In this document: positions 25,362 through 35,051 of the stretch, one piece after another
Layout of the letters: each line of letters starts with the position of its first letter
Position numbering within the stretch: the first letter of the stretch is position 1
Source: Chloroflexota bacterium
GTDB lineage: Bacteria; Chloroflexota; UBA11872; VXOZ01
Length of the DNA stretch: 64,000 nt
NCBI GenBank assembly: GCA_963663275.1
Contig: OY760183.1
Coordinates: forward strand, 672,001-736,000
Direction of reading: 5' to 3'
The notes under the pieces: generated by a model
What the model saw: the letters and a program-made list of their open reading frames with translations, nothing else
Databases searched by the model: none
What the model was told of the DNA's origin: nothing
Program-made: the position numbers and the translations under genes

Positions 25362-26756
25362 ATGAACTGCATCGTCATCTGCCTCGACACCTTTCGCGCC
25401 GATTGCATCCGGCATCTGGGCGCTCATACCATGCGGACGCCCACGCTGGACGCCATGGCGCGGGACGGGGTCTGGTTCGAGAACGCGTTTGCCGAGGCGC
25501 TGCCGACCGTGCCGGCGCGGCGTTCGCTCTTCACCGGCATCCGCGGCTTTCCCTGGCGCTGGACGATTGACACCACCGGTTCCTCGCCGGGCGCGCCGGG
25601 GATGCCGGGCTGGCACGGCGTGCCGCCGCACCAGCAGACCCTGGCCGAGCGCCTCTCCCGCGCGGGCTACGCCACGGGCCTGGTGGCCGATACCTACCAC
25701 CTCTTCAAGCCCACCATGAACTTCACCCGCGGCTTCATGAACTGGGAGTTCTTTCGCGGGCAGGAGGCCGACCCCTATCGGCTGGGCACGGAGGAGGAAC
25801 TCCACGCGGAACGCTACACGCGCCAGCCGGACAACCTGCCGTTCGTGCTGCGCCAGTGGCTCTGGAACGTGAAAGACCGTACAACCGAAGAAGACTTCAC
25901 CTTTGCCAAGTGCGTGCGCCGCGCCATCCGGTTCATCGAGGACAGCCGTGCGCACCATCCGTTCTTCCTCTGGATAGACTCGTTCGAGGCCCACGAGCCG
26001 TGGCACCCGCCGTTCGCATATGCGGACGCTTACATGGACGCGCCCTGGCAGGGCATCGAGCCGATCCATCCGCGCGGCGAGCCGCTGAGCGCGGCGGAAG
26101 AAGATCGGGTGCGGGCGCTCTACTACGGCTCGCTTACGTTCATCGACAAGTGGCTGGGCGTGCTGCTGGAGCATCTGGCCGATACCGGCCTGCTGGACGA
26201 GACGATCATCGTCTTCACCTCCGACCACGGCACGCAGATGAACGAGCACGGCGAGTTCGGCAAGAGCCAACGCCACATGAACGCCTACAATACCCGCGTG
26301 AACATGCTGGTGCGCCATCCCGACGGGCCGCGCGATACGGTGATTGCGCCCTTCGTGCAGCACATCGACGTGGCGCCGACGGTCTTGCACTGGCTCGGCG
26401 TGCCCCACGACCGCCTGGACGGCGCGAACATGTGGCCGCTGGCTACCGGCAATCAGGAATCCCTGCGCGATTGGACGCTGACGGTCTGGGGCTACGAGGC
26501 CAGCGTCCGCGACCACACCTGGAACGCGGTGGTGAACATCCAGGAAGCCGAGCCGCAGTGGAAGCTCTACCGCATCGACGCCGACCGCGATAACTTCACC
26601 GACGTTGCCGCCCAACACCCGGACATCATCGCGCAACAACGCGCCCGGCTGGAAGGCTTCTTAGGCGAACCCCTGCCCGCCCGTCTCCCCGGCCAACATC
26701 CGGGCAGCCCCTATCCGATGATGGATTTCACCGCGGCACGCGCGCGCAAAGGGTGA
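25362..26756 (+). CDS. Sulfatase-like (alkaline phosphatase superfamily) hydrolase
   Basis: Motifs ICLDTFRAD, TVPARRSLFTG, FEAHEPW, FTSDHG and HIDVAPT. Confidence 0.85.
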   Translation: MNCIVICLDTFRADCIRHLGAHTMRTPTLDAMARDGVWFENAFAEALPTVPARRSLFTGIRGFPWRWTIDTTGSSPGAPGMPGWHGVPPHQQTLAERLSRAGYATGLVADTYHLFKPTMNFTRGFMNWEFFRGQEADPYRLGTEEELHAERYTRQPDNLPFVLRQWLWNVKDRTTEEDFTFAKCVRRAIRFIEDSRAHHPFFLWIDSFEAHEPWHPPFAYADAYMDAPWQGIEPIHPRGEPLSAAEEDRVRALYYGSLTFIDKWLGVLLEHLADTGLLDETIIVFTSDHGTQMNEHGEFGKSQRHMNAYNTRVNMLVRHPDGPRDTVIAPFVQHIDVAPTVLHWLGVPHDRLDGANMWPLATGNQESLRDWTLTVWGYEASVRDHTWNAVVNIQEAEPQWKLYRIDADRDNFTDVAAQHPDIIAQQRARLEGFLGEPLPARLPGQHPGSPYPMMDFTAARARKG

Positions 26757-26826
26757 ATTCCGTATTCATACTGCCCCATCGGTTTGGTACACTGTCAGTG
26801 TAATGATGCCCAGCCAGGAGGATTCG

Positions 26827-27198
26827 ATGGCAAGCAACGGCAGAGATGAAGCAGTAGAAATGCACGTGCGTATCAGCCGGCGATTTATACTCCAAGCGCA
26901 AGCAGAGTTGAACGCAGGCGACAGGCTCCAGGCCTCGGAGAAAGCGTGGGGCGCGGCCGCGCACGCTGTAAAAGCAATTGCCGAGCAGAGAGGCTTGGAG
27001 CACAGAACTCACGCCCGGCTTTTCATCGCAGTCGATCGCATTGCTGAAGATACCGAGCGTCCTGAATTAATCACGCTCTTCAGCCACGCGAGTGCCTTGC
27101 ACCAGAACTTCTACGAGAACTGGCAAACGGACAAGTTTGTGCAAGACGGCATCAACCAGGTAAGGCTGCTAGTGGATAAACTGCAAGCGCTCTCATGA
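26827..27198 (+). CDS. PaREP1 family (HEPN-like) protein
   Basis: LQASEKAWGAAAHAVKA...LHQNFYE. GGAGG before ATG 26827. Lies in a lower-GC patch. Confidence 0.8.
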   Translation: MASNGRDEAVEMHVRISRRFILQAQAELNAGDRLQASEKAWGAAAHAVKAIAEQRGLEHRTHARLFIAVDRIAEDTERPELITLFSHASALHQNFYENWQTDKFVQDGINQVRLLVDKLQALS

Positions 27199-27305
27199 TC
27201 CGGCATTGAGACCTCTGGTCTCAAGCTACAGATTGCGCTCTTCTCTCTTGCTGACCTGCGCGAAGCTGACGCACTTTCACGGACACGACTGCGCTCAATG
27301 CGGAA

Positions 27306-27740
27306 CTACGCCAGCAGACGCCGCGTGCGCCAGGCGCGGTAGAAGAAGAGTACTGGTAGGCCCAGCACGAACAGCCGCCCGATGAGGCCCCACACGAGAT
27401 GACGGCGGTAGGCGTACTCGATCTCGTCGCGCACCGTGGTGAGACCCTCGCCGCTCTCTATGAACGTATGCCGGTGGACCCAGTACGCGAACGGGCCGCT
27501 GAGCTGCCGGTCGGCAAAACCGGCGTCGCTCACGGCTTCGATGACGGCGTGCCAGCGGATGGGAAAGGGGCCGAGCCAGAGCGTGAACCGCATCTCGTCG
27601 CCGGACGAAAGCACCGCCGGACACTCCTGAATCCGCACGAGCATGGGCGGCGGCGTGATGGCCGGAAGGCTCCGCGCCTCGCGGTGGAACCGCGCCACCC
27701 GCGCGCGCGGCGCGGCGACCGTGAACTCGTGAGCGAACAC
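27306..27740 (-). CDS. SRPBCC/cyclase-fold protein
   Basis: Motifs LPAITPP, FADRQLSGPFAYWVHRHTF, VRDEIEY and FFYR. Confidence 0.8.
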   Translation of the reverse strand: MFAHEFTVAAPRARVARFHREARSLPAITPPPMLVRIQECPAVLSSGDEMRFTLWLGPFPIRWHAVIEAVSDAGFADRQLSGPFAYWVHRHTFIESGEGLTTVRDEIEYAYRRHLVWGLIGRLFVLGLPVLFFYRAWRTRRLLA

Positions 27741-27742
27741 CG

Positions 27743-28870
27743 TCAGCGGCCCGGCGCGAACGGCCGCAAAGCCGCCAGGTAGGCGGCCGCGTCCGCGCTA
27801 TCGTTGTAGAGATGGATGGAGGCGCGCACGCGGCCGTCGCCGCCCCAAGTGTGCACGTTCTTCGCGATGAGGGCGTCGCGCACGACCACCGCATCTTCCA
27901 CCGCGATGGCAATGTTCCCTGCCCGGCGCGCCCGCTCCGGCGGGGTCATCACGGTCCAGCCCTGGGCGTTTAGCCCGTCGATCAGTTCACCGCCCAGCGC
28001 CTCCACGTGCGCGCCGATGCGGTCGGTACCGAACTGCTGCAGGTAGCCCACGCCATTCTCCAGGGCGTAGATCGCCGCGTATGTGGGCATACCCAGTTCG
28101 AAACGCTCGGCGGTGGGTTTCCAGGTGATCTTCTCGAAGCGGTCGTCGCTCAGAAAGTCGCTCACGGAGAACCAGCCCACCGCGCCCGGCGCAAAGTCCG
28201 GCAAGCGCGCGCGGTTCCAGTAGAGCACGCCGCCGCCGTGGATGCCGAGCAGCCACTTGTACGTGCTCGCCACCGCAAAGTCGTATGCGCCCACGTCCAC
28301 CGGCACGACACCCAGCGATTGGGTCACGTCCGCCAGCAGCAACGCGCCGTGGGCGTGGGCGGCTGCCGCGATTGGCTCAAGATCGAGCCGCAAACCGGAG
28401 AGATAACTCACGTGGCTCACCGCCACCAGGCGCGTGCGCCCGTCGATCTGCGCAATGACGTCGTCCGGCGTGAATTGCCAGTCCCGGCTGCGCGCCAGGC
28501 GCACCTCGACGCCGTGCTCCTTCATCTGTATCCAGGGCAGCACCGTGCTGGGAAACTCCAGGTCGTTGGTGACGATGTTGTCGCCCGGTTTGAAGTCGAT
28601 GCCGCTGGCGATGAGGATGATCGCCTCCGACGCGCTGCCCACGACGGCTACGTCGTCCGCGGCGCAGCCCATGACCTGTGCCAACCGTTCCTTGCACCGT
28701 TTCTCCGTCTCGATGTGCGCCGCCCGCCCGGCCTCGGCGCGCGGGCGCTCGCGCAGATACCGTTCCAGCGCCTGCGCCTGCGACTTCAAGGGCGCCGATT
28801 CCGCGCCGGTGTAGAGATAGGCCGCGTCTGCCACGCCGATGAAGTCCTGCCGGGGCGCGAGCGATTGCAT
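27743..28870 (-). CDS. Class V PLP-dependent aminotransferase
   Basis: Motifs DLEFPS, VAVSHVSYLSG, ADVTQSLG and STYKWLLG. Confidence 0.88.
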   Translation of the reverse strand: MQSLAPRQDFIGVADAAYLYTGAESAPLKSQAQALERYLRERPRAEAGRAAHIETEKRCKERLAQVMGCAADDVAVVGSASEAIILIASGIDFKPGDNIVTNDLEFPSTVLPWIQMKEHGVEVRLARSRDWQFTPDDVIAQIDGRTRLVAVSHVSYLSGLRLDLEPIAAAAHAHGALLLADVTQSLGVVPVDVGAYDFAVASTYKWLLGIHGGGVLYWNRARLPDFAPGAVGWFSVSDFLSDDRFEKITWKPTAERFELGMPTYAAIYALENGVGYLQQFGTDRIGAHVEALGGELIDGLNAQGWTVMTPPERARRAGNIAIAVEDAVVVRDALIAKNVHTWGGDGRVRASIHLYNDSADAAAYLAALRPFAPGR

Positions 28871-28952
28871 GTGTCATTGCCTTCCTGGAGTCCGGTACTG
28901 TGTGTTGCGCGCGGGTTATTGCGCCGGAGGCCGCTTGTTTTCGGTCTTTCCG

Positions 28953-29831
28953 TCAGCCGCCAAAGCGAAACGACGGCACGCCCCGGTACGGCGTCTCGAT
29001 GGCAAAGAGGCCGCCGGCCAGCGGCTGCCGCGCAAGTTCTTCCGCGTCGAGTTCTTGCGCCGCCGAGGTAATGAAGAGCGTCTTCAGATCCGGGCCGCCG
29101 AACGCGCAGGCCGTCACCTGGGTAACGGGCAAAGGTATCTCTTCCAGCAACTCACCGGAACCGGGATTCCAGCGGCTCACGCGCGCGCCGCCGTAGTGGG
29201 CGACCCAGAGCATGCCCTCGCTGTCAATCGCCATACCGTCCGGCATCCCGGCTTCTTCCGGCACGTCGATTATGGCTCGCTCGTTGGCAATGTCGCCCGT
29301 CTCGTTGTCGTAGTCCCAGGCGCGCACGTTTTTGCGCAACGTATCGACGTAGTACATCGTGGTGTGGTCCAGGCTCCAGACGATGCCGTTGGAGATGGCC
29401 ACGCCGCCGAACATCTTGTGAACGCTCAGGTCGGTATCGAGGCGGTAGAGGCTGCCTGAATCCTTGGGGTTCTCGTAGGCCATCGTGCCGGCCCAGAAGC
29501 GGCCCGCCGGATCGCACTTGCCGTCGTTGAAGCGGTTGCCGGTTACGTGCGCCTCCGGATTGGCAATGAGCGTCAATTCCTGGGTCTCCAGGTCGAAGGA
29601 CGCGAAGCCCTCCCGCACCGCCAGCATCAGCCCGCCGGAAGCGCGGGTTACCACCGTGCCCACGTGCTGCCCCACGTCCAGCGTCCGGTTCTCGCCGCTG
29701 GCGGGATCGTAGATGAAGAGTCTGGAATTCAAGATGTCCACCCAGTAGAGCACCTGCTCTTCCTCGTCCCACAGCGGCCCTTCGCCCACCAGGGCGCGTT
29801 CATCCACTAAGAGTTCGACATTGCCATCCAC
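28953..29831 (-). CDS. SMP-30/gluconolactonase family protein
   Basis: Motifs GEGPLWD, RFNDGKCDPAGRFWAGTM, SNGIVWS, PDGMAIDSEG and TACAFGG. Confidence 0.92.
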   Translation of the reverse strand: MDGNVELLVDERALVGEGPLWDEEEQVLYWVDILNSRLFIYDPASGENRTLDVGQHVGTVVTRASGGLMLAVREGFASFDLETQELTLIANPEAHVTGNRFNDGKCDPAGRFWAGTMAYENPKDSGSLYRLDTDLSVHKMFGGVAISNGIVWSLDHTTMYYVDTLRKNVRAWDYDNETGDIANERAIIDVPEEAGMPDGMAIDSEGMLWVAHYGGARVSRWNPGSGELLEEIPLPVTQVTACAFGGPDLKTLFITSAAQELDAEELARQPLAGGLFAIETPYRGVPSFRFGG

Positions 29832-29962
29832 GGTTTCGTCTCTCCCTTGTGTCCTCTTGGTATGCTCTGCCCGCATCCACCTTTGATAATAGACTCTTTA
29901 CCATCGGTATGGCGAACGCGGCCCCCGGCGTACTCATCGCATATCTCAATCCGCCCTTCCCC

Positions 29963-29990
29963 GTAGGGGCACGACATGTCGTGCCCCTAC
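29963..29990. repeat. Family A REP whose arms were split by a MITE
   Basis: Left arm TCCGCCCTTCCCC. The matching right arm GGGTGAAGGGCGGA lies beyond the MITE at 30136-30149. Confidence 0.9.
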
Positions 29991-29991
29991 G

Positions 29992-30131
29992 GCGACCTTT
30001 GCATAGTTCCGTCATTCCGGCGAAAGCCGGAATCCAGGGTGCCTTGACAGCTAACGATAGCATGAAGTCAAACCATTTCACCCCCATCCCAACCTTCCCC
30101 CTCGATGGGGAAGGGGTTATGCAAAGGTCTC
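29992..30131 (+). mobile_element. 140-bp MITE, target-site duplication CTACG
   Basis: GCGACCTTTGCATAG...GTTATGCAAAGGTCTC. CTACG at 29987-29991 and 30132-30136. Confidence 0.9.
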
Positions 30132-30285
30132 CTACGGGTGAAGGGCGGAGGCGCAGAACATGGCCGCGGTGTGGGCCGCCTGCGCGCCGTCTCTCCGGCA
30201 GAGGCCGCTTGTGTTTCACCCGCGCGGCTTCTATCATGGGGCGAAAGCAGCCGCCGGCGCGCATACACCCATTACGGAGGATCCG

Positions 30286-31266
30286 ATGCCAGGCCCGAAC
30301 AAAGTCCGCATTTGCATGATTGGCGCGGGCAGCCTCGCCAACGCCATGCACTACCCCTCGTTGTCCGAGATGGAAGACGTGGAGATTGCCGCCACGTGCG
30401 ACCTGGACGCAGACCGCTTGCAGCAGACGGCGGCGCGCTTCAACATCGCCAAGACCTATGCCGACTACCGCGAGATGCTGGACGCCGAAAAGCCGGACGG
30501 CGTCTACTGCCTCATGCCGCCGCACCATCTTTACGACATCTCCATAAACGTCCTGCAGCGCGGCCACCACCTCTTCGTGGAGAAGCCGCCGGGACTCAAC
30601 GCCTTTCAGACCAGCAGCATGGCAAAGACCGCCGCCAAGTACGGCGCGCTCACCATGACGGCCTTCAACCGCCGCTTCATCCCGCTCATGCGCGAAGTAC
30701 GCCGCCAAGTGGAAGCCCGGGGGCCGATCCTCCAGTTCCAATCGGTCTTTCTCAAGCACCAGTTCACCCCGCCCGGCGACCTGCCCTACTACGGCGGCGC
30801 CACCGACATCCTCAGTTGCGACGCGGTGCACGCGGTGGACGTCTGCCGCTGGCTGGGCGGCAGCGACGTGGCGGCCGTGGCCAGCGACGTGCGCGAGGCC
30901 TACGCCGATTATCCCAACATCTTCAACGCCCTCATCCGCTTCGAGAACGGCTGCGCCGGCTTCCTGCAAGCCAACTGGGTTGCCGGCACGCGGCGGCACA
31001 TCTTCGAGATTCACGGCAAGGGCATCACGGCTTACATCGACCCGGACGAAACCGCCAGGGTCTATGCGGACGGCAATGGCGAACCCACGGTGCTGGACGT
31101 GAACACGGCTGCCGGCAACGACGCGCGCTACCACGCCTACGGCTTCTTTGGCGAAAACCGCCACTTCATCGACTGCATCAAGACCGGCCGCCAGCCGGAC
31201 ACGAACTTCGCCGACGCCACCAAGACTATGGAACTGGTGGACGCGATCTACCACTCAGTGCTGTAG
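30286..31266 (+). CDS. Gfo/Idh/MocA oxidoreductase
   Basis: Motifs IGAGSLA, FVEKPP, AFNRRF and DAVHAVD. GGAGG RBS. Confidence 0.9.
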   Translation: MPGPNKVRICMIGAGSLANAMHYPSLSEMEDVEIAATCDLDADRLQQTAARFNIAKTYADYREMLDAEKPDGVYCLMPPHHLYDISINVLQRGHHLFVEKPPGLNAFQTSSMAKTAAKYGALTMTAFNRRFIPLMREVRRQVEARGPILQFQSVFLKHQFTPPGDLPYYGGATDILSCDAVHAVDVCRWLGGSDVAAVASDVREAYADYPNIFNALIRFENGCAGFLQANWVAGTRRHIFEIHGKGITAYIDPDETARVYADGNGEPTVLDVNTAAGNDARYHAYGFFGENRHFIDCIKTGRQPDTNFADATKTMELVDAIYHSVL

Positions 31267-31380
31267 AAAAGCGTTCCGCTCTACCGCGGGCGAGTTGCGT
31301 CGAACGGTGCGACAGGTTTGCCTTGCCGGACGGCGTACTGCGCGCAGCAGTCCAAGCGGAGTGAAAGAGGTAGAAGACGT

Positions 31381-32115
31381 ATGGGGTGGTCTCTTGTCAA
31401 GAGAATAGCGGTTCTGCTGGTCGCGGTGTGGCTGTTCGCCGGGTGCGGTTCCGGCAATGGCGACGGCGCAACCGCGGCGGCCTCGCCGGAAGCCGCCGCC
31501 AATGGAGAGTCCGCCACGCAAGGCGCCGCGCTCGAATTCAAGGCTGAGGTCTGGGCCGACAACTGGTTCGCCCTCTACGTCAACGGCGAACTGGTCGGCG
31601 AGGACTCGGTTCCTATCACTACCGAGCGGTCATTCAACGCCGAGACCATCGTCTTCACCGCCGCCTATCCCCTGACCATCGCCATCGAGGCCAAAGACTT
31701 CAAGGAGACCGATTCCGGGCTGGAATACATCGGCGAACGCAACCAGCAGATGGGCGACGGCGGCATCATCGCGCAAATCACCGACCTCAGCAGCGGCAAG
31801 GTGGTGGCCGTTACCCATAGCGGGTGGCGTGTGCTGGTGATTCACCGCGCTCCCCTGAACCCCGATTGCGAGAAAGCGTCAAACCCGGACACTGCCTGCC
31901 GCTTCGATAAGATGGAAGCGCCCCCTGATTGGGTAACCGCCGATTTCGACGACGGCCAGTGGGAATCCGCCACCGAGTGGTCGGAATCCGACGTGCGTCC
32001 CAAAGACGGCTACAACCGGATCCAATGGGACGATGCCGCCCGCCTGATCTGGGGCAGCGACCTGGAAGTGGACAACACCATCCTCCTGCGCCTCACCGTC
32101 CCGGCGCCCGCCTGA
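31381..32115 (+). CDS. Conserved hypothetical lipoprotein (predicted beta-sandwich)
   Basis: Lipobox FAGC. WADNWFALYVNG...EDSVPITTERSFNAE...QMGDGG. Confidence 0.7.
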   Translation: MGWSLVKRIAVLLVAVWLFAGCGSGNGDGATAAASPEAAANGESATQGAALEFKAEVWADNWFALYVNGELVGEDSVPITTERSFNAETIVFTAAYPLTIAIEAKDFKETDSGLEYIGERNQQMGDGGIIAQITDLSSGKVVAVTHSGWRVLVIHRAPLNPDCEKASNPDTACRFDKMEAPPDWVTADFDDGQWESATEWSESDVRPKDGYNRIQWDDAARLIWGSDLEVDNTILLRLTVPAPA

Positions 32116-32132
32116 GCATCCCGCTGCGGTAG

Positions 32133-32272
32133 GAGACTCTTGCAAAACTCCGTCATTCCGGCGAAAGCCGGAATCCAGAGCGCACTTACAACTAAAACTA
32201 GCATCACGTCAATGCTAGTCGCCCCCAACCCAGCCTTCCTCCTCAATGGGGAAGAGGTTCTGCAAAGGTCTT
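32133..32272 (+). mobile_element. 140-bp MITE, diverged copy with no clear target-site duplication
   Basis: GAGACTCTTGCAAAAC...GTTCTGCAAAGGTCTT, with the same interior as the other copies. Confidence 0.8.
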
Positions 32273-32306
32273 CCTGGGCGGAGAGCGGTCTTTTGCAGAA
32301 CGGCGA

Positions 32307-33614
32307 TTACTCTTGCGACAGCAGCCAGGTTACCAGCGCGTCGGTGAAGGCGTCGCCGTAGCCGGGACCGTGGCCGCTGCCCTCGCCCTGCCACAGCTCG
32401 ATGGTGATGCCCTCAGTGCAGCCGGCTTCCAGGCGGAAGGCGTGGGTTTCCGCCCCCGGCACGTACTGGTCCAGATCGAGAGCGGCGTATGGCTGGGGGT
32501 TATCGGGCCAGTCGCAGCCGGCCCGCCGGCTCCAGCGCGTCACCATCTCCCGCGCCCCAGCGTAGAAGGCCGGTTCATCGTCCTCCCGCGCGCTCCGGTC
32601 GCCCTCGAAGAGGATCACGTCGTCCGCCGTGCCGTGGACGTGCAACACGGACACCGGCTGCGCGCCGTCGCAGCGTGAGTCATCCACGTAACTCGTGCCC
32701 GCCAGACTGGCCACGGCGCGCAGGCCGGGCAGACCCTTGCAGGCCAGGTGGTACGCCATGAACCCGCCGTTGGAGTATCCGAAGACGTACACGCGCCCAA
32801 AGTTCTTGATTATCTTTGCGCCTGCCACCAGTTCGGTCAGATACGCCGCGTCGTCCGCGCCGGACTTGCCGCCGTCACAGCACTCGTCGGTTGGATTCCA
32901 GAAGCGGTCGCCCTCGGCGTTGCGTATCCCGTTGGGCAGCAAGAGCGCGAACCCGTGGGTATTCACGCGCTCGTGCAGGGGCACGTACGCGGCGTGGTCG
33001 GCGGCATTGCCGCCGAAGCCGTGCAGGGAGACGATGAGCGGCGTCTTACCGTTGACGAATTCTTGAGGCGCTATCAGAACCGTGCGGTCTTTGCGCGCGG
33101 GGTGGTCGATGTAGTAGACCGCGCCGCCGCTAGCCTCCGCCAGCTTGGCGGTCGCTTCCAGGATGGCGTCATCCGACAAATCCGCCTGTTCGTCCTTACC
33201 CTTGTCCCATTGCTCCATGGCGGCAAGGTACGAGTCCACTTCCGACGCGATTTCCTCGAGTTCCTGAAGTTGGGCGTCCAGACTGTCCAGGCGCTCGCGC
33301 AGGAGCGCGTTCTCGCTCTTAAGTGCGGCGTTCTCGTCCGCAAGGGCCGCGATGGACGCTTCCAGGGTTTGGACATTTGTCTCCAGCGCGAGTAGCCGCT
33401 CGTCACCAGCAGGATCTTCACTGGCGGCGGCACAGGCAACCAGAACGGCGGCCAGCAGGATGCAGACCGCCGCTGTGCCCAGGCGGCGCAGCCAGCCGGC
33501 CCCAGGGGACGCCGCAGCGCCGAGCGCACCTGTGGTATTGCAGTTCGCTAGATGCCGTTTGTTCCAACGTTCGGGTCCTTCCAGGTTCCATTTCACGTGT
33601 TCAGGACTGGCCAT
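32307..33614 (-). CDS. PHB depolymerase/LpqC-like esterase with N-terminal lipoprotein and coiled-coil region
   Basis: Motifs LIVSLHGFGG, FWNPTDECC, nucleophile elbow GYSNGGFMAY and LHVHGTADD. Confidence 0.8.
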   Translation of the reverse strand: MASPEHVKWNLEGPERWNKRHLANCNTTGALGAAASPGAGWLRRLGTAAVCILLAAVLVACAAASEDPAGDERLLALETNVQTLEASIAALADENAALKSENALLRERLDSLDAQLQELEEIASEVDSYLAAMEQWDKGKDEQADLSDDAILEATAKLAEASGGAVYYIDHPARKDRTVLIAPQEFVNGKTPLIVSLHGFGGNAADHAAYVPLHERVNTHGFALLLPNGIRNAEGDRFWNPTDECCDGGKSGADDAAYLTELVAGAKIIKNFGRVYVFGYSNGGFMAYHLACKGLPGLRAVASLAGTSYVDDSRCDGAQPVSVLHVHGTADDVILFEGDRSAREDDEPAFYAGAREMVTRWSRRAGCDWPDNPQPYAALDLDQYVPGAETHAFRLEAGCTEGITIELWQGEGSGHGPGYGDAFTDALVTWLLSQE

Positions 33615-34028
33615 GAGGCGCTTCCTCCGATGCTTGTAGGCGGGGCGTGCCGTGGGGATGGCTTCATCATGATGACTCTTCCATGATGAACCTGCCGGCG
33701 GCTCGCGCGCAATCCCTGGCGGCCACGGCGCGCGTCAGGGCCGGTCCAGGGAGCGATGTGCCGCCTGCGCCCGAGCGGAGCGCCGCGTGGAACAGGGCCA
33801 TTTGCAGTTTGGCCCTCGCCCCGCTTCTCCCGCCCGCAGCAGCGTCAAAGCACTCCGGTCGATGTGATATGCTGAAAACGTCATGCGCTTGCGGGCGCAG
33901 TACACGGGCCATGCTCTATATGAGCGCGGCATGACGGATATGCGGCCTTGCGGGCGGCTCCAGTGTGTCGCGCTCGCGTCCGCATGGATGTCGTTAGATG
34001 ATGAGCACAGAGAGGCAGCAAAGAGCTT

Positions 34029-34958
34029 ATGGAACGCATTTGGCTGCGCTGGTGGGGCTGCGGTGCTTTCGACGTGCGGTTTGGCGACGTGAACATCGCC
34101 TTCGATCCGTATCTCTTTGGTGAGAATCTGGAAAACGCCAAGCCAATCTACGACTACATCTTTATCAGCCACGAGCACTTCGACCACTGCCATCCCAAGA
34201 CGTTGCGCAAGCTCTGCCGGGGCGAGCGGTTCAAGCGCATGTTCGTGCCGCCGGGCGCGCTGTGGCCGGACGAGCCGATTGATGAGAAGTACGGCGACGC
34301 GGCGTTTTCCCGCGACTTGCCCATCAACAAGCATGTGCCGGCGGACAAGATACAGGTGATGTATCCGAAGCACCAGAACGAAATGCAGCGCGGCCGGCCG
34401 TGGGCGGGACCGGCGGACAAGCGAGAGTTTCCCGGTCCGGACGAGATCGACCTGGGCGCGTTGCACGTGGAGACCATCGAGAGCGGCGAGAACCAGCGTC
34501 CCGACCTGCCGAACCTCGGCTTTCTCGTCACCCACAAAGCCTTGAACGTCTCGTTCCTGCACATTGGCGATAGCTGGGCGGCTTACCCGGCGATGCGGGC
34601 GTTGCGCGGGCGGGTGGACTTTGCCATCCACATGAAACTCGGCCTGACGCCAACCAACTCGGCGCAGCAGACTACCGAACTCGAGGACTTCGTGGACTAC
34701 ATCCGGCCTCATGCCCTGATCCCCATTCACTACCGCACCGACCGCAAGTCGGACCCGGTGCCGGAGGGTCACTGGCCGCCGAACGCCAGCGATGTCGCCG
34801 GTTTCATCGAGTACATTCGCGGCAAGGTCGGCGCGCGGACGCGGGTGCTGCCGTTTACGGCCGGCGTGGAGTATGCGGTGAAACTGCCGGAAAAGCAGGT
34901 GGAGTGGGAGTGGGAATGGGTGAACACGTGGGACGTGCCGCCGTGGCGCGAGGGGTAG
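34029..34958 (+). CDS. Metallo-beta-lactamase fold hydrolase (UlaG-like)
   Basis: Motifs FDPYL, ISHEHFDHC, LHIGDS and LIPIHY. Confidence 0.85.
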   Translation: MERIWLRWWGCGAFDVRFGDVNIAFDPYLFGENLENAKPIYDYIFISHEHFDHCHPKTLRKLCRGERFKRMFVPPGALWPDEPIDEKYGDAAFSRDLPINKHVPADKIQVMYPKHQNEMQRGRPWAGPADKREFPGPDEIDLGALHVETIESGENQRPDLPNLGFLVTHKALNVSFLHIGDSWAAYPAMRALRGRVDFAIHMKLGLTPTNSAQQTTELEDFVDYIRPHALIPIHYRTDRKSDPVPEGHWPPNASDVAGFIEYIRGKVGARTRVLPFTAGVEYAVKLPEKQVEWEWEWVNTWDVPPWREG

Positions 34959-34996
34959 CCGGGTTGCCTGCTTGGCGCCGCGGCGGCAATAGCCGA

Positions 34997-35012
34997 TGTT
35001 TCACGTGAAACA
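34997..35012. promoter_or_regulatory. parS site (ParB/Spo0J binding)
   Basis: TGTTTCACGTGAAACA matches the broadly conserved parS consensus. The palindrome extends to 34994-35015. Confidence 0.85.
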
Positions 35013-35051
35013 TCGCCACCCGCGTAAAGCAGGGAATACAAGGACGCGCCC

